From Myxococcota bacterium (GTDB lineage: Bacteria; Myxococcota_A; UBA796; CAJQPC01), in NCBI GenBank assembly GCA_036012755.1, contig DASCPX010000129.1, positions 253,027-317,026 on the forward strand: 64,000 nt of DNA, written 5' to 3'. Both the position numbers and the translations under genes were made by a program. Below are positions 56,888-64,000 of this stretch, piece after piece (within the stretch, counting starts at the first letter, position 1; each line of letters starts with the position of its first letter). The notes under the pieces were generated by a model that ran no database searches, had not been told where the DNA came from, and worked only from the letters and a program-made list of their open reading frames with translations.

Positions 56888-58491
56888 ACGTCGATCCAGG
56901 GATCGTGGAAGTTGAACCACTGGAGGGGCCAGCGCTCCGTCCACTGCTCCAGCTGCGCCGCGAACTCCGCCCCCCAACGCTGCAGGTCCTGCTGCCGGTC
57001 CTTGCGCGAGGTGAAGCGGTAGGTGCGGGGCTCTGTCGCGATGACCTTGTAGGTCCCGGCGCTCTCCTTGAAGCAGCCGAGGATGAACACGGGCGCCTTC
57101 GACAGCGCCGCGAGCAGGAAGGGCCCGGACGGGAGCTCGATGGTGCCGCCGAGGAAGGGCACCTCGACCATGCGGTCGTCCACCGTGCGGTCGGCCTTGA
57201 TGGCCACGATCTCTCCGCGGCGCAGCGCCCGGACCACCTCCAGCGAGGCCATGTCGTTGCCCTCGTTCAGCGCGATGACACGCGGGGCGCTCTCTCCGAG
57301 CAGCTCCCTCATCAGGACCACGTAGGGGTCGCCTCCAGCCTGGTACGAGATGAGGTTGACCTGGCGTTGGACCGGCGAGGTAGCTCGCAGCGCCGCGGCG
57401 CCCAGGTCTGGGTTGCCGAGGTGGGCGCTCAGGATGATGGCTCCTCGCTCGGCCAGCAGCTCCTGGGCCGCCTCCGTGCTCTCTCGCTCGTAGCAGAAGG
57501 CCTGGGCGCCGTGGTGCATGGCGAGGAAGCGGTCGATGAGCGAGCAGGCGAAGACGTAGAAGGTCTGCCAGCACTTCGACTGCAGCTCGAGCGCCCCGGC
57601 CTCGGGGAAGCGCCGCCGCAGGTAGGCCACGCAGCCCCGGCGATGGTCGCTGCCCATGAGGTAGTAGAAGCTCGCCAGGATCACCATGCCTGCGTAGGCC
57701 GGCCAGCGCCCGGTGAGGGCGACGAGGCTGGAGAAGAAGCGCCAGCCCCAGAGCCGCCCGCGGTGGCCACCCTGCCAGGTGCCGCCGGGCTCCGGCACGC
57801 GGTTGACCCAGCGCGGCGGCCAGAGCATGCGTCCCAGGACCAGCCGCGTGTTGAGCAGGCTGATGCGGAGGTTGTCCCAGAAGGGGCGGAAGCTCGAGAC
57901 GCGCTCCTCCTCCGGCGGGTAGAAGACCCGGCAGCTCACGTCGCGAACGGCGATACCAGCCCAGAGGGCACGGGTCAGGACCTCGACCTCCCACTCGTAG
58001 CGTCCCTTGGGCAGGGCGAGGCTGAGCACCGGCTCGACCGGGTAGACGCGGTAGCCCGTCTGGCTGTCCCCGACGTGGTGGCCGGTCTCGACCCAGATCC
58101 AGAAGTTCGAGAACTTGCGCCCGAACTGCGAGGAGCCAGGCGCCGTCGACATGTCCCGCACGCCCAGGTGGATCGCCCAGGGGTCCTTGCGCATCGCCTC
58201 GAGGAACAGCGGCAGGTCCTCTGGGAGGTGCTGGCCGTCGGCGTCGACCGCGATGAGATGGGAGAACCCCCTGGCGGCCGCATGCCGGAGGGCCGTGGTG
58301 AGCGCCGCGCCCTTGCCGAGGTTCTCTTCGTGGGTCAGCACCTCGACGAGCTCCGCGGCTGCTCTTCCTGTGCCGTCGGCGCTCCCGTCGTCGACCACCA
58401 CGACGTCTGGCACGTACTCGAGGCAGCGACGGGCGACCTCGGCGATGGTCCCCACGTTGTCCTTGCTCGGGATGACGACGAGGGGCTTCAC
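56884..58491 (-). CDS. GT2 glycosyltransferase fused to an LpxL-like acyltransferase
   Basis: VVDDGSADG, NLGKG, DADGQH, DSQTGYRVYP; SAHLGN, KADR, WPLQWFNF. Confidence 0.92.
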   Translation of the reverse strand: MKPLVVIPSKDNVGTIAEVARRCLEYVPDVVVVDDGSADGTGRAAAELVEVLTHEENLGKGAALTTALRHAAARGFSHLIAVDADGQHLPEDLPLFLEAMRKDPWAIHLGVRDMSTAPGSSQFGRKFSNFWIWVETGHHVGDSQTGYRVYPVEPVLSLALPKGRYEWEVEVLTRALWAGIAVRDVSCRVFYPPEEERVSSFRPFWDNLRISLLNTRLVLGRMLWPPRWVNRVPEPGGTWQGGHRGRLWGWRFFSSLVALTGRWPAYAGMVILASFYYLMGSDHRRGCVAYLRRRFPEAGALELQSKCWQTFYVFACSLIDRFLAMHHGAQAFCYERESTEAAQELLAERGAIILSAHLGNPDLGAAALRATSPVQRQVNLISYQAGGDPYVVLMRELLGESAPRVIALNEGNDMASLEVVRALRRGEIVAIKADRTVDDRMVEVPFLGGTIELPSGPFLLAALSKAPVFILGCFKESAGTYKVIATEPRTYRFTSRKDRQQDLQRWGAEFAAQLEQWTERWPLQWFNFHDPWIDV

Positions 58492-58640
58492 CGTGTCTTC
58501 CACCAGGCGTAGAGGCACCACGCCGCGTTGAGGCAGAGCACGGCGAGCAGGCGATGGCCTCCGCCCAGCTGTCCCCGGCCGAAGTAGATCGCGAGGATCC
58601 CGGCGCTCAGGGCGGCGACGACGTAGAGGCTAGTGCGCAA
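58488..58640 (-). CDS. Small two-TM membrane protein (50 aa)
   Basis: TTG with upstream GAGG; MRTSLYVVAALSAGILAIYFGRGQLGGGHRLLAVLCLNAAWCLYAWWKTR; TGA overlaps the next GTG; not in ORF track. Confidence 0.6.
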   Translation of the reverse strand: MRTSLYVVAALSAGILAIYFGRGQLGGGHRLLAVLCLNAAWCLYAWWKTR

Positions 58641-59097
58641 CGATGGCCTCGCTCAGGACGGTGAGCGTGTAACGGCGGCGGGGGTCTTCGAGCACGGCCT
58701 CGCCGTCGGTCACGACCACGGTCGCGGGGCCACCCTGTCCCCGGTAGCGGCGCTCGATGCCCTCTTCGGTGAGGCGCTGCCTGACCATTCCGCCCTCCAC
58801 CTCGCAGCGCTGGGGGCATGACCAGCGGTAGACCAGGTGCATGTCGCGGGAGAAGGGGATGAGCTCCAGGGTCTCCGCCCAGCCCTCGTCCGGCGCGCTG
58901 ACCTCGTCGCCCTCTACCGTGAAGAGCGCCACACCAGCAGGGGTGAGCGCCTGGAGCACGAAGACCTCGTCGAGGCTCACCACCGCCACGCCGGCGAGGG
59001 TGCCGAAGGGGCTCTCCAGCTTGAACTGCTGCACCGCCTCGACCGGCGGTCCGAGCTCGATCGGGGTCTTCACGCAGGCCAGGAGGATCAGCGGCAT
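58630..59097 (-). CDS. DUF3261-like lipoprotein
   Basis: MPLILLAC; LQALTPAGVALF motif; position in an APE-like export operon. Confidence 0.6.
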   Translation of the reverse strand: MPLILLACVKTPIELGPPVEAVQQFKLESPFGTLAGVAVVSLDEVFVLQALTPAGVALFTVEGDEVSAPDEGWAETLELIPFSRDMHLVYRWSCPQRCEVEGGMVRQRLTEEGIERRYRGQGGPATVVVTDGEAVLEDPRRRYTLTVLSEAIVAH

Positions 59098-62000
59098 CGC
59101 TTCAGCTCCTCGACCCGCCGGGCCTGTTCGGCGTACTCCGCGGGGGCCACTCGATCGAGCAGCTCGATCGCCTCGTCGTCGCACTGACCGTCCTCGATGA
59201 GGGCCTCTGCGAGGGCCACCAGCGCCTGGGGGTGGTCTGGCATCAACAGCAGCGCTCGACGAGCAGCCTCGACGCCCTCTTCCTCTGCCAGGATGCGCCG
59301 GCCGCGGTGGATGTCGATGGTGCGCCGCACGTCCAGGGCCTCGACGACCTCGACGGGCTCGATGTCTCCAGAGAGCCCCGCGTCGAGGTCGTAGGCCACG
59401 TAGCCCCCGGCGGTGTTCGGGTAGCGGCTGACCCAGATCGTCCCGGAGGTCGCGTCCATCACGACCGAGTGGGTGGCGATGTCGGCGTTGAGCGCCCAGC
59501 GATGACCGGCCGGCAGCTGGCGCCCGCCGGCCCCCTCCCGGTCCCGCAGGATCGCGACGGCGACCTCCATGTCGATCGAACCGCGGTGCTCGTCGAGGAG
59601 CTCGTCCATGCGGGCTTGCCGGTGGGCGGTCGTGCTCTCCTCGAGTCTCCAGCGCGTCTGCTCGTCCCCGGCGAAACTCTCGCTGCGGAAGTGGTTGGCT
59701 ACGCTGAGATCGGTCGTGATCGGGACACGCTCCAGCCGCGAGGAGCTGACCTCGAACAGCGCCGCCTCTCCGACCTTGCCGTCGATGACCATCACGTTCT
59801 CGGAGACGAAGCCCCGGCGGGCGGCGAGGATGGCCTCGACCTCGTCCAGGCTGGAGGCGGACTCGAGCACCTCCCGCATCACCATCGTCATCGGCGTGGA
59901 GGCGACGGGCGGATCGTCGCTCCCGGAGGCGTTGATGGCCACGGCGATGCGCTCGCTGTTCATTCCGGTCACGACACCGACGAAGCCGATGAACGTGACG
60001 CTCGCGAAGGCGTAGCCCGTCTCCGGGACCACGAAGCTGACGACCTTGTCCCGATCGAAGACGGTGCCGCCGTCGAAGTCGAAGTTGCGGCCGACGATCC
60101 AGTGACCCTCGGCGGTGGCCTCCGAACCTGCAACGAAGCCCGTGCAGCCGACGACGAAGGGCGTGTCCAGGTAGGCCTGACCGAAGTCGTGGAGCGCGTG
60201 GTAGTAGACCTTGCGCGTGTAGGCGGGGCCGAGCAACGCGAAGAGGTCGTCGCCCACGTCGACGCCGCCTGCGATCTCCTCGAGGTGGTGGGGGAGGAGG
60301 AAGCGGTCCAGCCGCGGCGCCCACAGCCCGGTTCCGCGCAGCAGGACGTAGCGACCGATGGGGCTCGGCACGCTCTTGTGGAAGGCCTCCAGGGTCTGGT
60401 CCTCCAGCCGCTTGCGCAGGTCCGGGCTCATGAGCGCCGAGGCGTAGCCGCGCTCGTGTGCGGAGCCGCGCGTGTACTGGGTCCAGATGCCCTCGCGGCT
60501 GAGCAGGCGGTGGGGACCGAAGCGTCGGTCCCCCGGGCTCGGCTCCTCGAGCTCGTGGGCTGGAGGCTCCTGCGACGGTGGCGGAGTCAGGTACCAGAGC
60601 TGCTGTGCGATCAGATCGAGGTTCACCGCGATCACGATGGCGATGGCGATTCGGTGGCCCCAGCGAGAGGCGCGCTCGGAGACCAGGGGCTCGCCGGCTG
60701 CGAGGGCAGGCGTCAACGACAGGGCCGTGGTGAGGGCACCAGCGATGCCGACGAGGACAGCCAGGCCCACACCGAAGAGCGCCGGGCTGCGGGTGATGAC
60801 CAGGATGCCGAAACCGACCGCGGTGGTGGCTGCGGACATGAGCACCGCGTAGCCCGTGTGACCCCGATCCCGGGACCCGACCATGAAGACCCCGTAGTCG
60901 AGGCCCAGGCCGAGGATGAGGATCATCCCGCAGGCGCTCACGGCGTTCCAGGGCGTGCCGGAGAGCGCCATGGCGCCCATCGCCCAGGCGGCTGCGACCA
61001 GGCAGGGTGTCATCGCGGCGAGGACGCGCCGGGGGTCCCTGTAGACGAGGGCGAGGACCAGCGCCACGCCGGCCAGCGCCAGGGCTCCAAGCCGGGTGAG
61101 CTCTTGTACGATGTCCTCGACCCCTTGGGTCGCGAAGCGGCCGGGCATCACGAAGCTGGCGTCGGGCCAGGTCGCTCGCACGGTGGCCTCGACCGCCTCT
61201 GTCAGCGAGTCGTCCGCCAGGACCAGGCCCAGCATCACGGTGTCCGCGTCGAGGTGCTGGCCGAGGCGCTCGACGGGGGTGCCGAGCCAGGTGTCGCCTG
61301 GCAGATCGGTCGGTCCGGAGGCCAGCTCTGCGGCGAGCCCCTCGAAGAGCTCCGGGGTGAAGCCGACCTCGTCAGCGGCGCCGTCGATGCGCTCTTGGAG
61401 CTCCTCGACCGAGGGGAGGGCGGCGTGTCGCTCCTCGCGGGTCTCGGGACCGGGCAGCAGCGCGGCCGGACCGACCACGTCGACTCCGGCGAGGCTCTCC
61501 AGGGCGGCGGTCACGGCGACGGCGGCGTCGCGGGCCTCGCCCTCGCTCTGGCCGGTCAACGCCACCATGCCGCCGGTGCCGAAGCCCCCGTAGCGGGCTG
61601 ACAGCTCGGCCTGGAGGGCCTTCGTCTCGGGCTTGGCGGGGCTCAGGTCGCGAGGATCTCCGTTGAAGGTAGAGCCAGAGGACAGCACCACCGCGAGCAC
61701 GACGCTGCCCAGCACCGCGAGGCGGGCGCCTTTTCCCGCGCGTCCGAGCGCGAGCTTCGGCAGGGGCCGGCTGCCGAAGAGCGCGTAGGCCACCGGGCCC
61801 AGCAGGAAGGTGCCGGCCAGCGCACCCCCAGCGGCGGCGACGCCCATGGCGCCGAGGTCGTGGACGACCGGGTAGCGCGAGAGCATCAGCACGCCGCAGG
61901 CGCCCATGGTCGAGCCTGCGCTGAGCAAGAGCGCTGGTGTGATCTCCTTCAGCGCCGCCTGGCCGGCCGCGAGACGCCCGCCGATGCCCTGGGATGGAGG

Positions 62001-62960
62001 CTGCGCGGCGGCGGCGACGTAGAGGTGGACCCAGTAGTCGACGGCCAGGCCCAACAGGGCCGCGGCGAAGCCCATGCTGATGCCGTGGATAGGCGACAGC
62101 AGGGCGGCGACGGCCCCGGCTGCCGCGGCCGCGGTGGCGGTGGAGGCCAGGGAGCCCAGCACCGGTCGCACGCTCCGGAAGCCGATGGCGAAGAGCAGCA
62201 CCAGGAGGACCGACCCGAGCATCACCGCCCGCTTCACGTCCTCCTGGATCAGGGCGCTGGCTTCGTAGGCCATGCGATGCCCGCCGAGGTAGCGAGCTGG
62301 CAGCGGGCTGTCCTCGATGGCCTCGTGGAGCGCGAGCATCAGCGGGTGGTCGGGGCCCATGCCCAGAGACGGCACCGTGGGCTGGGCGATGATCAGCGCC
62401 CGCTCGCCGGCGCGGTCCATGAAGTGACCGGCCTCGATCTTCATCGCGAAGGGTCCGGAGGCCGCGCGGACGTGCTCGAGTGCCAGTCCGGCCAGGTCCA
62501 ACGGGTCCTGACGGATGGCTCCCTCGAACATCGAGCCTCCAGGCCCGTAGAGCCGAGCGAGCTGGCGTCGCATGACCTGCCGCAGGCCCTCCTCGGAGAG
62601 GCGGTCGTGGAGGTCTTCTTCGGGGATCAGGGAGACGGCGTGTGGCAGGGCGGCCCCCTGCAGGGCGATGCCGTCATCGACCTCGACCCGGTAGCGCACC
62701 GGCCCGAACATCGGCTCCTCGCGCAGCCTCTCGCCGAGGTCGTCAGTGGCCTCCAGGAGCTCCGACCTGCTCACCTGGCTGCCGTCCACCTCGATGAGCA
62801 GCGTGTCGGCGACCCTGAAGCGTTCGAGGGCCTCGATCGCCTCCGGGAGATCCCCCTCGGCAGGCAGGAGCCGCGACAGGTCGTTGGTCAGCTCGACCTG
62901 GCGCGCGAACACGGAGAGCACGGCCAGGAGCACGAGCCCGAGGGCTGTACGCCATCTCAT
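59088..62960 (-). CDS. MMPL/RND lipid exporter fused to a C45 (Ntn) acyltransferase/peptidase domain
   Basis: GLAVDYW and GLGLDYG TM motifs; then YYHALHD, GCTGF (Ntn Cys), GRNFDF, TGMNSE, VANHF; C-terminal TPR-like tail. Confidence 0.9.
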   Translation of the reverse strand: MRWRTALGLVLLAVLSVFARQVELTNDLSRLLPAEGDLPEAIEALERFRVADTLLIEVDGSQVSRSELLEATDDLGERLREEPMFGPVRYRVEVDDGIALQGAALPHAVSLIPEEDLHDRLSEEGLRQVMRRQLARLYGPGGSMFEGAIRQDPLDLAGLALEHVRAASGPFAMKIEAGHFMDRAGERALIIAQPTVPSLGMGPDHPLMLALHEAIEDSPLPARYLGGHRMAYEASALIQEDVKRAVMLGSVLLVLLFAIGFRSVRPVLGSLASTATAAAAAGAVAALLSPIHGISMGFAAALLGLAVDYWVHLYVAAAAQPPSQGIGGRLAAGQAALKEITPALLLSAGSTMGACGVLMLSRYPVVHDLGAMGVAAAGGALAGTFLLGPVAYALFGSRPLPKLALGRAGKGARLAVLGSVVLAVVLSSGSTFNGDPRDLSPAKPETKALQAELSARYGGFGTGGMVALTGQSEGEARDAAVAVTAALESLAGVDVVGPAALLPGPETREERHAALPSVEELQERIDGAADEVGFTPELFEGLAAELASGPTDLPGDTWLGTPVERLGQHLDADTVMLGLVLADDSLTEAVEATVRATWPDASFVMPGRFATQGVEDIVQELTRLGALALAGVALVLALVYRDPRRVLAAMTPCLVAAAWAMGAMALSGTPWNAVSACGMILILGLGLDYGVFMVGSRDRGHTGYAVLMSAATTAVGFGILVITRSPALFGVGLAVLVGIAGALTTALSLTPALAAGEPLVSERASRWGHRIAIAIVIAVNLDLIAQQLWYLTPPPSQEPPAHELEEPSPGDRRFGPHRLLSREGIWTQYTRGSAHERGYASALMSPDLRKRLEDQTLEAFHKSVPSPIGRYVLLRGTGLWAPRLDRFLLPHHLEEIAGGVDVGDDLFALLGPAYTRKVYYHALHDFGQAYLDTPFVVGCTGFVAGSEATAEGHWIVGRNFDFDGGTVFDRDKVVSFVVPETGYAFASVTFIGFVGVVTGMNSERIAVAINASGSDDPPVASTPMTMVMREVLESASSLDEVEAILAARRGFVSENVMVIDGKVGEAALFEVSSSRLERVPITTDLSVANHFRSESFAGDEQTRWRLEESTTAHRQARMDELLDEHRGSIDMEVAVAILRDREGAGGRQLPAGHRWALNADIATHSVVMDATSGTIWVSRYPNTAGGYVAYDLDAGLSGDIEPVEVVEALDVRRTIDIHRGRRILAEEEGVEAARRALLLMPDHPQALVALAEALIEDGQCDDEAIELLDRVAPAEYAEQARRVEELKRCR

Positions 62961-63550
62961 CACGGCAGAACGAAGGCCCCCTCCGGCAGCGCGGCGTCGA
63001 GCTTCACGTTCTCGAAGGCGATGCGGACGGTGTCACCGTCAGGCTCGGTGATCACCACCTCCGAGATCTGAGGGGTGGTGTCGATGTGGAGCTCGAGGGT
63101 GGAGATGATCGAGCGGAGCCGCTCGTCTTTCGGCTCGAGCAGCGCCGTCGTCGGTGGTCCGGGCGTCCAGGTCAGGGTGTAGTCCTGCTGCACCTGGTCG
63201 AGATCGCCGCCGAGCCAGACCATCATGCTGGTGACCAGCGAGGCCACCTCCGCGTTGGTCCCGAGATCGATCTCCTCGCGGACGCCGAGATCGGGGTAGC
63301 TCATGCCGACCTTCGTACCGTCCACGACGAAAGTCGACGACAACGGCGCCGTCGTCGTCCATGCCATCTTCTGCGGCCGGGAGAAGACGAGGCGGCCCTT
63401 GGTCTCCAGCGGCTCCTTCAACAGGCTGCTGGTGCGGATCTGCGTGAAGTCGGCCTGGAGCGTCCCCGGGCGATTGAGGGCATCCCAGGTTGTGACCGCG
63501 TCTGCGGGGAGTTCCGCTGCGAGGCCAAGGGCCAGAACGCTCAGCAACAT
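62960..63550 (-). CDS. LolA-like outer-membrane carrier protein
   Basis: GGAGG RBS; signal peptide; LQADFTQ...GRLVFSRPQKMAW; C-terminal AFVLP. Confidence 0.88.
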   Translation of the reverse strand: MLLSVLALGLAAELPADAVTTWDALNRPGTLQADFTQIRTSSLLKEPLETKGRLVFSRPQKMAWTTTAPLSSTFVVDGTKVGMSYPDLGVREEIDLGTNAEVASLVTSMMVWLGGDLDQVQQDYTLTWTPGPPTTALLEPKDERLRSIISTLELHIDTTPQISEVVITEPDGDTVRIAFENVKLDAALPEGAFVLP

Positions 63551-63668
63551 GGGCGCCTCCTAACGTGTCTGCTTTCGGGACACGGCAGCCGAAACGTGTA
63601 ATCCTGGCGGCGCGCGCGCTCATCTTCGAGCCTGGCGCAACTCCCCTGAGAAAGTTGAGAGGCACATC

Positions 63669-64000
63669 GTGAGCGCCAAGCTCTTCGTCGGCGGGCTGGC
63701 TTGGGCCACCGACGATCGCGGGCTTGCCGATGCCTTCGCCGAGTATGGCGAGGTGCGTGAGGCCGTCGTGATCAAGGACCGTGACACCGGCCGCAGCCGC
63801 GGCTTCGGGTTCGTCACATATGAAGACCAGGACTCCGCAGCCGCAGCCATCAAGGCGATGGACGGCCAGGAGCTCGACGGCCGGCGCATTCGCGTCAACG
63901 CGGCCGAAGAACGTCGCGGCGGTGGTGGCCGCGGCGGCGGCGGCGGCGGTCGCGGCGGTGGCGGCGGTGGTCGCGGCGGCTACGGCGGCGGCGGCGGTGG
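63669..64000 (+). CDS. RRM RNA-binding protein with Gly/Arg-rich tail (3' truncated)
   Basis: GAGAGG RBS; KLFVGGL (RNP2) and RGFGFVT (RNP1); absent from the ORF track because no stop is in the window. Confidence 0.95.
   Translation, partial: MSAKLFVGGLAWATDDRGLADAFAEYGEVREAVVIKDRDTGRSRGFGFVTYEDQDSAAAAIKAMDGQELDGRRIRVNAAEERRGGGGRGGGGGGRGGGGGGRGGYGGGGG

Noticed and set aside
63913..64000. GGC-rich low-complexity repeat
   Set aside because: Ordinary Gly/Arg-rich tail of the RRM protein

Overview
A very GC-rich, densely packed bacterial window; its gene content (Hanks kinases, a TonB-domain-fused receptor, CxxxxCH cytochromes) suggests Myxococcota or a related deltaproteobacterium, which is inference. 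From left to right: a mosaic of gene fragments with a lower-GC PD-(D/E)xK nuclease-like ORF (0.4-2.3 kb); a DUF2330-like/HEAT lipoprotein operon; dnaX-ybaB-recR and a kinase-ATPase-TPR gene; envelope genes including two GT-C-like membrane proteins; and a large aryl-polyene/flexirubin-like type II FAS/PKS cluster in two halves (24.3-35.9 kb and 51.5-63.6 kb). Between the halves lie gdhA with its PPDK_N/receiver neighbour and the most striking locus, a translationally coupled operon (35.9-45.2 kb, minus strand). It encodes a hydrazine-synthase-like pair (beta-propeller/diheme fusion plus an HzsA-like multiheme lipoprotein), a triheme cytochrome c and a reduced Rnf-like module (RnfC, RnfG-like, a small membrane protein, RnfD; no RnfB or full-length RnfA/E). 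Other observations are two in-frame TGA interruptions, three likely CTG starts, ultra-short signal peptides, leaderless or bidirectional promoters and several small ORFs missed by the ORF track. All product calls come from motif recognition by eye; no database search was run.
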